A stretch of 64,000 bases of DNA, taken from contig OX597815.1 in the NCBI GenBank assembly GCA_951406725.2, forward strand, positions 143,778,001 to 143,842,000, in the 5' to 3' direction. Below the pieces are notes generated by a model. It worked only from the letters and a program-made list of their open reading frames with translations, did no database searches and was not told where the DNA came from. The position numbers and the translations under genes are program-made. The first letter of the stretch is position 1. Every line of letters starts with the position of its first letter. The DNA is from Octopus vulgaris (lineage: Eukaryota). Positions 27,064-40,215 of this stretch are shown here, in pieces.

Positions 27064-27290
27064 TCTTTCTAATATAGACACAAGGCCTGAAATTTTGTTT
27101 TTGGAGGGAGAAGAGGAAAGTCGACGTGATCGACCACAGTGTTCGTCCAACTGGTATTTATTTCATCGACCCCGGAAGGATGAAAAACAAAGTCGACCTC
27201 AGCGGAATTTGAACTCAGAACGTAAAGACAGACGAGATGCCGTTAAGCATTTTGCCCGGCGTGCTAACGATTCTGCCAGTTCACCGCCTT
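27064..27290 (-). mobile_element. SINE family A
   Basis: Full-length family match. Confidence 0.9.
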
Positions 27291-28002
27291 TTCGCTGCTT
27301 TATAATGAAACACTTCTCAACATCGACACAGCAAATGGCATCTCAAATCTACACACTTAAAACAATACACTTGATCCACGCAGCTCACTGATATAAAACC
27401 TCTTCACATCTATACACTTCCCATATTAAACACTTCTACACGACCAAGTGTTTGCAAGACTTCGACACATCTTAACTACATACCTCTAAGCACTTCTAGA
27501 TACTTCTATACATCTCTGCACACCTCAGGATTACAATATCTCTACACACTGCATCTCTACAAACCTGTACACTCCTCATGGTTACAACAACTCTACACAC
27601 CTCACTGCTACTCTCTTCTGTACTTCAAAATGCCTCAGTATTGTCACGCATCTCTACACACTTTAATAATATTTCCTTTATATTATATATCGGGGTTAAC
27701 TCTTTGTGTCTGTTTTTTCATATAATATTTCTACAACAATGAAGACATAAGTCCAACACAACAGACTTACACATATCTAACATATTTTCATCTTCATCCA
27801 TTTAGTCTCTTCTGTTTTCTATGGAATTTCCTGTCTTCTGTTAGCCCGATTACTATTGGTGTATTAACTGAAGACATGTTCTGCTGTTTGAAGAATATAC
27901 TAAAGTGGCTTTCATTGCGTTATCCAGGAACTCTGGAAGAATTAAAATATGCCTTTCGAAGTTCTTAATTTCCACTGACTCGTAATGATTTTCAAATATT
28001 CT

Positions 28003-28217
28003 TTTCTTTTCTACTCTAGGCACAAGGCCCGAAATTTTGGGGAGGGGCCAGTCGATTAGATCGACCGCAGTACGCAACTGGTACTTAATTTATTACCCCG
28101 AAAAGATGAAAGGCAAAGTCGACCTCGGCGGAATTTGTACTCAGAACGTAAAGACACGAAATACCACTAAGAATAATTTCGCCCAGTGTGTTAACGTTTC
28201 TGCCAGCTCGCCGCCTA
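28003..28217 (-). mobile_element. SINE family A
   Basis: CTTTTCTACTCTAGGCACAAGG..CTGCCAGCTCGCCGCCT. Confidence 0.92.
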
Positions 28218-28420
28218 TGATTTTCAAATATTAGTGAACAATATGGCACGGTGGTACCATTCAGATAGGATGACTGCACTGTTGATAGTTAAGTATCTTG
28301 GTCACAGACACTATACGGTAAGTTATTCAATATTGTGGTGTCTGCTTACAACTTTTGGGAGAGTTAAGTGTCTATGTCACAGACACTGTTTGCATTTGTC
28401 CTGGTCATAGGCACCAGGCG

Positions 28421-28738
28421 CTCCGTCGATTACCACGACGAGGGTTCCAATCGATCCGACCAACGGGACTGCCTGCTCGTGAAATTAACGTGCAAGTGGC
28501 TGAGTACTCCACAGACACGCGTACCCTTATCGTAGTTTTGAAAGAAAATCAGTGTGATACAGAATCTGGCAAGGCTGACCCTTTGAAATACAGGTATAAC
28601 TCATTTTTGCCAGCTGAGTGGACTGGAACAACATGAAATAAACTGTCCTCCTCAAGAACACAGCGTGCCGCCGGGAATCGAACTCACAACCTTATGATTG
28701 TGAGCTGAATACCCTAACCACTAAGCCACGCACCATCA
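28421..28738 (-). mobile_element. SINE family C, full length
   Basis: tRNA-like head on minus strand (TGGCTTAGTGG A box, GAGTTCGATTCC B box); aligns to 33199-33517. Confidence 0.9.
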
Positions 28739-28794
28739 CAAGGCAGAGTTACAGTACGGTGGATAATACCAGACCATAATAACAGCTTAAATTT

Positions 28795-29570
28795 GCGTCC
28801 CCAAAGTCCATCCCCTCTTCACCGTGGTGGGGACGCTGACAACGGGTAGTGTCAGAGCTATACCGTCGGGAACTTCGGTTCCTGGTAGGGCCACCCAAGG
28901 CGGATTGGTCTGACACCGAGTGGTATTAGGGCCACAACCCGGCAGACGGGGCTCTGGTAAAAATCCTCGGAGTGCCCTTGCTTCGGCAACCGGCGGCTCC
29001 TCGGTCGTTCTGTCCCTGCGTCTGCGGACAATCTGCGGCAAACAGGATGTCTCCACATGCGGGATTGTTGGGGACCGCTTGTGAAATCCAAATATTCCCA
29101 CGAAACTTCTTCCATGAGTAGAAGAAGCCGACTCAACCCGCCCAGGGTGAATGTTGCCACAAGTACAAGTAAGTACTTAAATTTGCTGAACTGGACTCTT
29201 GACTGTTTAGTTTCAGTGACATGGAGACAGCAGATGGAACTATATCACGCCGAGGTACGCATTTGCTGTTAGGTAGAGATGAACAGTATCTTAAGCACAA
29301 TCAGCGCCATCTAAATGCATGAGCACTATGAGCAGTTATCTAGTTTCAAGAAGTCTACAGCTCCACTCCTAATCTATTTATTCTGTGGCTTGCAATATTC
29401 GCTTGGGGATCAATGATAATGTCATAACAGACCTGGGTATGAACGCATTACAATGAGCTATGTCACACTGTACTGTTTCCCTACAAATTTGAAATGTGAA
29501 TGTTTGGTATTCAAGGAGTGATGGCTACTTATATGGTCGAACGAAGGCAAGCAAACTGAAACTTCGATGT
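28795..29570 (+). mobile_element. 5' end of an RTE-clade LINE (structured leader plus decayed endonuclease start)
   Basis: GAGCTATACCG..CCTGGTAGGGCCACCCAAGGCGGATTGGTC resembles the conserved RTE/BovB 5' UTR as I recall it; GC-rich island followed by decayed LNLLNW and YAFAV remnants. Confidence 0.6.
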
Positions 29571-29684
29571 CACTGTCAGCCATTTCTTCGTAAAAGTTTA
29601 ATTAACATACACTCCACTAAAAAGTATTGAGTAACCTTTCAGTTTAAGGTTAAATTGTTTTTATATAAACTTGACATAAAAGCA

Positions 29685-29776
29685 GTGTGTGTGTGTGTAT
29701 GTATGTGTGTATATGTATGTGCGTGTGTACACAAACACACACACACACACACATATGTGTACACACACACACACAC

Positions 29777-29819
<43 letters not shown>

Positions 29820-30361
29820 CGTATATATATATGTATATATATATATATATATGTGGTTTGTGTATATATATGTATATATATATACGTATGTATGTATTAT
29901 AAGTATATATGCATACGTACATACATGTATACATACATGTATACGTTTGTGCGTGTGCAAGTGTGTGTAGAGTGTTATGTTCCTGAATATGTATTTGAAA
30001 CCATCCATCCACACACAGAGACACACACATAGACCCACACACACACGCGCATATACACACACGCAATTATGTTCCCGTAAGTATGAGCCTATATAAATAT
30101 ACACTAGTGTTTATGTATATTTGAAGTTATATATATATAAATAGATTGATGCTTCTTCCGATCGATTCTTCCTGATGGATCGAGGGAATCTGAAACTACT
30201 ACAACAATTACCACACACATACAGGCACACAATATAACTACAACACACGCTAACATACACACAAAATACACACAATTATCTGTGAAGTTTCCAATTTGAT
30301 CAAAAGCGCACTTGTAGGAGCCCATGTGTTGCCCTACACATCATCAATGTATTTTCCCAAA

Positions 30362-30400
<39 letters not shown>

Positions 30401-30628
30401 CCCTTTCTTTCCTTTCCTTTCCCTCCTTCGTTCACTGACTACGCATACACATACACACACATACACTCACATGCACGCACACACACTCACATATACATAC
30501 ATACAGGCACACACATATGTACACACACACACATACATACACACGTATATACGTAATACGTGTATGTATGTTTCCTATAAAGAACACCAACACAAGTTTG
30601 TAAGTATATGTATTATATGTGTGTGCGT

Positions 30629-30674
<46 letters not shown>

Positions 30675-30709
30675 ACACAAATATATATATATATAGATAG
30701 AAATCTGTC

Positions 30710-30760
<51 letters not shown>

Positions 30761-30818
30761 GTACATATACATATATACATAAACACACACACACACTTAT
30801 ATATACACATATACACAT

Positions 30819-30849
<31 letters not shown>

Positions 30850-30957
30850 CACACACACACATATATATATATACACACACACACACATATATATATATAC
30901 ATATATATACATGTATATACACACATATACATAAATATGCCCACGCACACACGCAAG

Positions 30958-30990
<33 letters not shown>

Positions 30991-31120
30991 GCATATATAC
31001 ATACCTACATACATAAATGTAAATGTTTGTATGCAGTATAGGCATACATGAAGATAGATATATACAACCACTTACACATATTTAGATATAACTTATCAGT
31101 ATGTGTGTGTGTGTGTGTTT
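29685..31120. repeat. compound (TA/CA/TG)n microsatellite field
   Basis: Directly visible, with short unique islands at about 30140-30365. Confidence 0.9.
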
Positions 31121-31898
31121 CCTAACGACGCCCAGAACGCTACATCATTTATAAACTGTGATAAATATATACTATCGATGTTATCTAAATGACATTAGCA
31201 TCCAGTTATAAAGTGGGGAAAAAAATAATGCAGCCGAATTTGAAACCCTTCTCAATTTCTTCTATAGTGGATCGTACGCAGGCACACACACACACACACA
31301 CACACAAAACAGCAACAACAACAACAATAACAAAGATAAGATTACAAGTACACACGCAAAACCCGTTCACACAAGCAACTTCACAAGGACAGAAACACCA
31401 AAGCTCAGCTAACGAAGAAGCTTCTACGTGGCGGCCACTCATCCTGCTAGAAATAACGGCTGAATCTTAAAATCTCACGCACGCAGCTTAAGTAAAAAAA
31501 AAATGACGCATGAAACCAGACAGTACCCGGATCTTGTTGTTGTTATTATTATTATTATTATTATTACTTTTTTTTTTTGAAATTTTCTACATTGAACATC
31601 TTCATTATTAATTTCTAGGAAAAAAAATTAATACGTTTGACTTATCAAGCAAGAAAACTAAAATTAATACAATTTTCGTTATCAGCACTAAAACTGCATA
31701 TTTTGAAAATAAACTGCTGAAAATTTGAAAAACTTCAAGTGGTTGGCAGAAATTTAACAAGATCGCAGAGCCCTTAAAAAGACGGGATGGTCACAAGCAA
31801 AATGCTATTGAACAAAGGTTTGTTGGATGTCAAGTGTTAAACTGAGGTTTTAAACACCACCACCAACAACAAATACACTCTGAGACCTTACAGTATAT

Positions 31899-32281
31899 GG
31901 AAACACTCCGTCGGTTACGACGATGAGGGTTCCGGTTGATCCGAACCAACGGAACAGCCTGCTCGTGAAATTAACGTGTAAGTGGCTGAGCACTCCACAG
32001 ACACGTGCACCCTTAAAGTAGTTCTCGGGGATATTCAGCGTGACACAGAGAGTGACAAGGCCGGCCCCTTGAAATACAGGTACAACAGAAACAGGAAGTA
32101 AGAGTGAGAGAAAGTTGTGGTGAAAGAGTACAGCAGGGATCACCACCATCCCCTGCCGGAGCCTCGTGGAGCTTTTAGGTGTTTTCGCTCAATAAACACT
32201 CACAACGCCCGGTCTGGGAATCGAAACCGCGATCCTATGACCGCGAGTCCGCTGCCCTAACCACTGGGCCATTGCACCTCC
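31899..32281 (-). mobile_element. SINE family C variant with 14-bp TSD
   Basis: ACCTTACAGTATAT at 31885-31898 and 32282-32295; tRNA-like head; different central segment. Confidence 0.92.
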
Positions 32282-32949
32282 ACCTTACAGTATATATAAT
32301 TACCTTGTACGTAATCTTTATACAAAACATCGAGGAAGGGTCATAGCTAACAGGATCTGATTGTGTCTCTACAAATATCCATTTACAATTCTTGACAAAT
32401 AAACCACCCACGACCGGAAGAGGTTTGGTTGTCAATAACTCTCTTCTTTATGCTTTGAAGGGAAATAGAGGTTGAATTCACATTTATTACTTATTAACTA
32501 GATGCTATTTGTCAAATAAGTCATAACTAAGCATTAATTTTGGATGACAGTTATATAACGTATCTTAGGTTATATGTCATCAAGATTACTCTTTCTCACA
32601 CTTTGTCTCAATCCCAGTCTCTTTCTCTCTATCTATCTACCTATTTATCTATCTATCTATCTTTCTCTCCTTGTACGTATGTATTAGCATATGCTTTTGT
32701 TAATATCCTTTCGGAGCCGATAAAATAAGTACCAACTGAACACTGAGGTGGATGTAATCGACTCATCCTTTCTCCTAAAATTGCTGCTCTTGAGGCAAAA
32801 TATGAAAGCATTATTAATCGGCGGAAGTTGCAGAGTGATCGATGGTCGAGAGTTACGTGCGTTGATAAGCAGCAACGCTGGAAACTGTTGGCTCTTGAAT
32901 TATTCTTTCACTTCTCATAATTTATTTTAAAAATGTATATATATATATG

Positions 32950-33007
<58 letters not shown>

Positions 33008-33198
33008 TATAGATATACATATATAAATGTATGTATATATAAATATATATATATCTATGTGTATAAATATATATATATCTATGTATATGTGTATATATAT
33101 ATATATACACACACACATATATATATATATACACATATGTATATATATATATATATGTGTATAAATATATATGTATCTATGTATATGTATATATAAAG

Positions 33199-33517
33199 AC
33201 TCCGCCGGTTACGACGACGAGGGTCCCAGCTGATACGATCAACGGAACAGCTTGCTCGTGAAATTAACGTGCAAATGGCTGAGCATTCCACAGACACGTG
33301 TACCCTTAACGTAGTTCTCGGGGATAATCAGCGTGACACAAAGAGTGACAAGGCTGACCCTTTGAAATACAGGTACAACTCATTTTTGCCAGCTGAGTGG
33401 ACTGGAGCAACGTGAAATAAAGTGTCTTGCTCAAGGACACAACGCGTCGCCGGGAATCGAACTCACAACCTTACGATCATGAGCCGAATGCCCTAACCAC
33501 TAAGCCACGCGCCCTCA
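33199..33517 (-). mobile_element. SINE family C, full length (partial copy also at 33625-33750)
   Basis: Head GAGGGCGCGTGGCTTAGTGGTTAGGGCA..GAGTTCGATTCCCGG on the minus strand. Confidence 0.92.
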
Positions 33518-33565
33518 CAATATATATATACATACACACACACACTCACACACATATATCTTTAC

Positions 33566-33610
<45 letters not shown>

Positions 33611-33899
33611 CATATATATAAAATGTAGCAAGGCTGGCCCACTGGACTACAGATACAACTCAGTTTTGCCAACTGAGTAGATTGGAGCAAGTAAAATAAA
33701 GTGTCCTGCTCAAGATCACAACACGTCACCAGGAATCGAACTCACGACCTTATAAAATGTTAATACATCGTAACCTCATGTTTCATATTAAGCATATGCC
33801 AAGCAATCATCAGATGACAAATTTGATCAATTTCTTAAAAATCCGTAATAGGCCAGCTATCCACATGCATGCATACATACATACATACATACATACATA

Positions 33900-34605
33900 G
33901 CCACCGATAATAAAAAGAGTACTGGTGGAATGTCCCAATGAAAATCTCGATAAAATGTACACACAACAGACCTGACATCATGATTTGGGATAGAGAAGAG
34001 AAATTGTGTACAGTTGTGGAAATCATCTGCCCAGCAGATGTTAACACAAAGCTGAAAATCACTGAGAAAGAGAATACTTACGCTGATCTATTAAGAAATT
34101 TGCAGTTCGTCAATCCAGATTGCAAGTTCAGGTTTATACCTGTAGTTATTGGGGCATTGGGATATGTAACACACAGCCTAAATACCAATCTTGAGAAATT
34201 AGGCTTCCCAAAAGCAGAAAGGAGAAAGTTGATTAGAAAACTACAGATCCAAACCATCACTGGAATTGTAAAAATCTGTAAAATTTTCCAGAAGTTTATC
34301 CTTTAAGTATATACGAGCATGTCTAGATAGGCAAGTATATGAATGAGAAGACATACATAAAACAAAACATACAAATCTGCGCGTATACATACATAATACA
34401 TACATACATACATACATACATACATACATACATACATACATACATGCATGCATACATGCATGCATACATACATGCATACATGCATATATACAAACAAGAA
34501 CACTCTGTTGTTGGTGTTGAAATTCTTATGAAGTAACATTGGATTTAGTTTAGAAACCGGCTCTTTCTCTATATACAGGAAATCTTGAAATGAGACTGAA
34601 TAATG
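33900..34605 (+). mobile_element. R4/Dong LINE 3' end: restriction-like endonuclease domain and 3' UTR
   Basis: ORF 33938..34306 HNRPDIMIWD..VVEIICPAD..EKENTY..FIPVVIGALG carries the PD-(D/E)xK RLE motif. Confidence 0.85.
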
Positions 34606-34612
34606 ACATACC

Positions 34613-35012
34613 TACATACTCTTTTACTATTTTACTTGTTTCAGTCATTTTGACTGCGGCCATGCTGGAACACCGCCTTTAGTCGAACAAATCGACCCCA
34701 GGACTTATTTTTTGGAAGCCTTGTATTTATTCTATCGGTCTGTTTGCCGAACCGCTAAGTTACGGCGACGTAAACACACCACCATCGGTTGTCAAGCGAT
34801 GTTGGGGGGACAAACACAGACACACAAACACACACACACACACACACACATACATATATATACACATATACGAAGGGCTTCTTTCAGTTTCCGTCTACCA
34901 AATCCACTCACAAGGCTTTGGTTGGCCCGAGTCTATAGCAGAAGACACTTGCCCAAGGTAAGCTACTTACCACACAGCCACTCCTGCGCCTTCCACAGTC
35001 ACTCCTGCGCCT
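34613..35012 (-). mobile_element. SINE family B (internal microsatellite; B-box region deleted)
   Basis: Matches 48720-49097 and 56353-56833; 21-bp duplication of the head end at about 34973-35012. Confidence 0.9.
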
Positions 35013-35087
35013 ACATACATGCATACACACACACACACACACACACATACATACATACATACATACATACATACATACATACATACA

Positions 35088-35118
<31 letters not shown>

Positions 35119-36107
35119 GCACGTGTATGAATCTCATTAATTTTTTAGAAACGGCTCGAATTTGGCAACTGATGAATGATTGCTATAAGGTTAGCACTTC
35201 AGCTTAAAACGTGGATTTACAATATATTATTACTAAAGGATTACATATGTATTTACACACATATAAAGTCTACCATATTTATCGATACTCTAATTCTGTT
35301 ATCTGTAGAAAGCATAGTTTGTGGTGAGAGGTTGAAGAGAAAGGAAACTTATTATGAAGAAAGGATAAAGCAGACAGAAAAATGCATGAGTGAAAGATTG
35401 ACAGAGTAGGAGAGAAAGAGAGAGAGAGAGGACGACGATAGAAGGAAATAGTAGCTCCATAACAATCTGACGAGCAGACAGTAAGTTATAAGACGTTAGA
35501 TAAAGTTCAATGACAGAGAAGACGAATTAGAAAGGTAACGTGATAAAATATCAGGGACTATTCCGAGAAGAGAGGGTTAATCGTTACCATCGACTCCAGC
35601 TCTTGACTTCTGTTCTATTTCATCGACATCAAAGAGGTGAAATGCAAAGTTAACTTTGGTGGAACTTAAAAAGTAAAGGAATACGACTGGAACGATTCTG
35701 TCAAGCAACTCCCTGAGAATACTGTGAGTGCGTAAAAGGAAGGGAATGAGGAGACTACTTTATATGCAACAAGGACTTACAAATCAAGCAGACGAAGTTC
35801 TCAGACATATAGAAACTGTTCGACTTCAAAATCACTCTACGAAAATTGGACAGAAGAATTAGTATAAAACAAGAAGCCTAAGGAAAAGCAAAAGTAAAGA
35901 CAGAGAAATCAAAAGATTAACTGAAAGAAGAAAATATGAAACATAAGAAAAAGATGCAGCAAAGCCTGAAGCAGACTGGTTTAAATTTCTCAAAAGTGAC
36001 AGTAATGAATCACATCATTTTCGACAGGTACTATGCAAGTATTGATGTATGCTGCGATTGCGTGCGTGTGCGTGCACACACATATATATATATACATATG
36101 AATATAT

Positions 36108-36224
36108 TCGTGTAGTAAGAAGTTACTACCGGGTTCAGTCGCACAGCGTGTCTTCTACTATAGCCTCGGGCCGACTAAAGACTTCTGAGTGAATTTTGTT
36201 AGACGGAAATTGAAAGAAGCCCGC

Positions 36225-36272
<48 letters not shown>

Positions 36273-36590
36273 TATATATGTGTGTATATATATATATGTG
36301 TGTGTGTGTTTGTGTGTGCGTGCGTGTGTGTGTATTTGTGTGTGTGTGTGTCTGTGTGTGTGTATGTGTATGCGTGTGTCTTTATGTCTGTCTTTGTTCT
36401 CTACCACCGCTTGACAACCGGTGTTGGTGTATTTACGCACCCATAACTTAGCGATTCGGCATGAGCGACCGATAGAATAAGTACCAGACTTTAAAGATGT
36501 ACTGGGGACGATTCATTCGACCAGAATTCCTCATGACAATGTCGTGTCCCAGTATGGCCGCGGTCTGATGGCTGAAACATGTACAAAATA
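36108..36590 (+). mobile_element. SINE family B
   Basis: GGGTTCAGTC..GTGTCTTCTACTATAGCCTCGGGCCGAC..(TA/TG)n..GCTTGACAACCGGTG..GGCCGCGGTC. Confidence 0.85.
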
Positions 36591-36594
36591 TAAC

Positions 36595-36632
<38 letters not shown>

Positions 36633-37261
36633 TACACGCACGCACACATACACGCACACACACACACACACACACACACGCACGCACACACACATAAATA
36701 GATAGATAGAGAGAGAGAAGAGGATGTTGAGGGAAAGAGGGTTAGGTGAGAGGGTGAGAAGGCGAAATAGCAAGTTGTTCTTTCAAACGTGATGAAAACA
36801 TGACATTTACAGTTTCTGTTGAACTTTACAAAGCTTACAGCTTTTATATTTTTGCGCACATCTAAAACTGCACAACGATGTTTTTCCGACGTATAAACGT
36901 TTCCGAGTGTCCTGCAGTCTTTATCAAATATCCGAGCATTGAGATTCGCGTGTTCGTCTTGGTGTAAATTCGACTGACTGAACGAAATTCAGGTTTAACT
37001 ATGTAATCATATTCATCTCACCTTTGAGCCAAAATTAACTTAGCTTAACTTAACTCAGCTGCGATAAACGTCAAGGAAAGACTTCCGCCGCTCCTCGCTC
37101 CCATTTTCTCCCAAACTTGTTTATTTTTGTAATTTTTTTTTTCGCCAAAAATCCCCGTTCTCGGATACGGATGTTCCGGAAAATTGCCAAAAGTCGGCAT
37201 TGTGAAATTCCACGCCACCCCTTACCCCCCAACTTCTTCAATTTTGACTTTTTCCCCAACA

Positions 37262-37360
37262 CTAACCCTAAAACCCTAACCCTAACCATAAAACCCTAAA
37301 ACCTTAACCATAACCATAAAACCTTGACCCTAAAACCATAACCCTAACCCTAAAACCCTG
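37262..37360. repeat. degenerate interstitial telomere-like repeat (CCCTAA/CCATAA/CCCTAAAA)
   Basis: ACTAACCCTAAAACCCTAACCCTAACCATAAAACCC.. Confidence 0.8.
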
Positions 37361-37361
37361 C

Positions 37362-37931
37362 AACTCTGTCAGTTACGTAGATGAGGGGTTTCAGTCGATC
37401 CGATCAACGGAACAGCTTACTCTTGAAATTAACATGCAAGTGGGTGAGCATTCCACAGACACGCGTACCCTTAACTTTCTTCTCGGGGAGATTCGGCCTG
37501 ACACAGAATGTGACAAGGCTGGCCCTTTGAAATAAATACATGTATGACTCATTTATGCCATCTGAGTGGACAGGAGCAACGTGAAAGAAAGTGTCTCGCT
37601 CAAGGACAAAATGCATCTTCACAAACACAAATAATATACATACTATACCTACCTACAGACAAACACATACATACAGTAAATATATACATACACATACATG
37701 CATGCATACACACACACACACATATTCTTTTCTACTCTAGGCACAAAGCCCGAAATTTTGGGGAAGATGGCCAGTCGATCAGATGGACCCCAGTACGGAA
37801 CTGGTACTTAATTCATCGATCCCGAAAGGATGAAAGGTAAAATCGACCTCAACGGAATTTGAACTCAGAACGTAAAGACAGACGAAATACTGCTAAGCAT
37901 TTCTCCCAGCGAGCTAACGTTTCTGGCAGCG
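37362..37931 (-). mobile_element. SINE family C (37362-37615) and SINE family A (37725-37931)
   Basis: Family matches as above. Confidence 0.88.
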
Positions 37932-39019
37932 ATAATTTTAACTGATAATTTTATTTGTTTAATATTTCTTATATTTGAAAAAAGAAAGCTTTCTCGAAGT
38001 TATTATAGAATCTTTAACCAACCTATGCTATGTAATGCAATAAGCTTATATACAGTGTCTAACTTCTCACCTACATTGCTGAAATATTATTTTCAAACTT
38101 TTACATAATTTACAGATTGCAATGCTTCAAGAAAAGGGTTGTTTAAGGATGATGAATGAATCACTCGTGTTTCCAAAGGTGAATTATTCAAACCCCAAAG
38201 AATTCCTCTCAGCACATAGCTATGACGCTCCCCCACTACTTCTGCTCCTTATCAGAGATGCCCATATCGTCAGCCAACTGGTTATGGTCAAACAAGTGAC
38301 AAGCAGATCTGCGATATTGAGCAGAATATTTGCTGTAGTTCATCTTTTATACCAAGACAAAACATGTATATGACAACACTTCCAATCAGTTAAGATCAAA
38401 AGCAATGAGAGCCATCGCCTGATACTGCATCAGGACAGAGTAGAATATTTGTTGTAGCCCATCTTTTATACCAAAACAAAACCTGTACATCATCCTCATC
38501 ATCATCGTCATCGTTGTTGTCGTTATTATATGTTTGGCTTTTGCTTTGTATTTGTGCAAGTTGACTCCAATTCTCACCAAGGGACCTCAAGAGGCAACAA
38601 GTTGATGTTATGACTAGGGTGCCATATGTTTGGTTTCGCACAGTGTATTGTTGCAAACCCTTGAACAATACTCTGTGCGAAACCAAAAATATGTCAAAAC
38701 ATAAGAAAATTACAAGTTTGTTTTAAAAGTAATTTGATGATAATATGGCAGTGTGATCATCAGGTGACAGTAAAAGGTGATTGCTGCCATGTACGTTTAA
38801 AAGTACTTTTGATGCTTACAGATTAAAATCTTCATACCATACAATTTTCAATTACCCAGTATAGGTCACGTGGTAGTTACTTAAGTTGCTACTCTGGGAG
38901 ATTGAACCCAAAACCTCAAGACTGAGAAAAGAACCTTTTTAATTAGGCATACATAGTTGTAAGGTAATCACGTATTTATTGTTATGTCAATGAAAATCCA
39001 TTTACATATATTAAACAAC

Positions 39020-39928
39020 GGTGCAGTCATAGCTGTATAGTTAAGAACTTTGCTTCGCTACCATGTGGTTTCGGGTTCAGCCCCACCTTGCGACTCATTG
39101 GGTGTCTTCCACCATAGCTCCAAGTCGACCAATACCTTGTAAGTAAACTTGGTCAGCGAAAACTATGTAGAAGTCCGTTATTTATACACACACATATATT
39201 TGCTTACCCGCACGCATGTGTGTGCGTGTGCGCGCGTGCGCAGATCCCCGTATTTGTCTCCAGCTGCTTGACAACCGGTGTTGTTTTGATTGCGCTTCCT
39301 GTAATTTAGAGGTTCTGCCTAAAGAGAACAATAGACTAAGTACTCGGATGGATTTGATTGACTGAATCTTTCAGGCTGGTAGTCCAACATGGTCACAGTC
39401 CAATGAGTGAAACAAGTAAACATCTAAAAAAAAAAGAAGAAACAAAAGTATATTAGACATATAGGTGTAGGCGTGGATGTGTGGCAAGAAGTTAGTTTCC
39501 CAACTACATGGTTTCTGGTTCAGTTGCAGAGCGTGACACCCTGAGCAAGTGTCTTCTACTATAACCTCGGATCCACCAAAGACTTGCGGGTGGATTTCAT
39601 AGACGGAAACTGAAAGAAGCTCATTGTATATATATATATATATATATATACATACATTTTTCGTATACATTCGCTGCTTTCTTCCAAGGAATGTAATGCT
39701 CTAAGCTTACTTTTTCTTTGAGGTCGGCCAGATTGGAGCAATCTCGAGTATAACCAGCCGAAATTCCAAAGATAATCTGGAACTCGACTGAGGATAGAAA
39801 ATTCCGAATCATCCGTCCTTGTTTTCCTTGTATTGTCTGTCTGGATGTCTTGCTTTCTTGTCCCATTTTTGTATTTTTTTAAATATACAATATAGCGGCG
39901 TACGTACACTTTGGTCTCTTATATGCAA

Positions 39929-39975
<47 letters not shown>

Positions 39976-40215
39976 TGTGCGTGTGTGTGTGTGTATGTTT
40001 GCATGCGTGTTTCTGTCAATGTTTGTTCCCCACTGCGGCTTGACTACCGGTGATGTTTTTTACGTACCCGCAACCTATCGGTTCGGCATAAAAGAAACCG
40101 ACAGAATAAGAATCAGGCTTAAAAGTAAGTACTAGTGTCGATTCGTTCGACTAAAAAATTTTCTCCATGGCGGTGCCCCAGCATAGCCGCGTTCTAATGA
40201 CTGAAGCAAGTAGAA
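39020..40215 (+). mobile_element. two tandem SINE family B copies (39020-39425, 39462-40215), the second with an insertion in its microsatellite
   Basis: Heads AGCTGTATAGTTAAGAAC and GTGGATGTGTGGCAAGAAG; 3' halves ending in RAAACAAGTA-like tails; foreign segment at 39655-39925. Confidence 0.8.
39655..39892 (+). mobile_element. probable Penelope-like pseudo-LTR fragment
   Basis: Two hammerhead-like remnants (TTGAGGT-CGGC..GCCGAAA; CTGAGGA-T-AGAAAATTCC-GAAT) and a T-rich tail, inserted in (TA)n. Confidence 0.45.

Noticed and set aside
33420-33517. tRNA-like cloverleafs with A and B boxes (also 28660-28738, 32205-32283, 60570-60640)
   Set aside because: They are SINE heads continuous with SINE bodies, not stand-alone tRNA genes.
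38140-38490. Possible U2 snRNA similarity (TAAGATCAA) with an internal 41-bp duplication
   Set aside because: The match is under 10 nt with no U2 branch-pairing or Sm site; likely an unassigned interspersed repeat.
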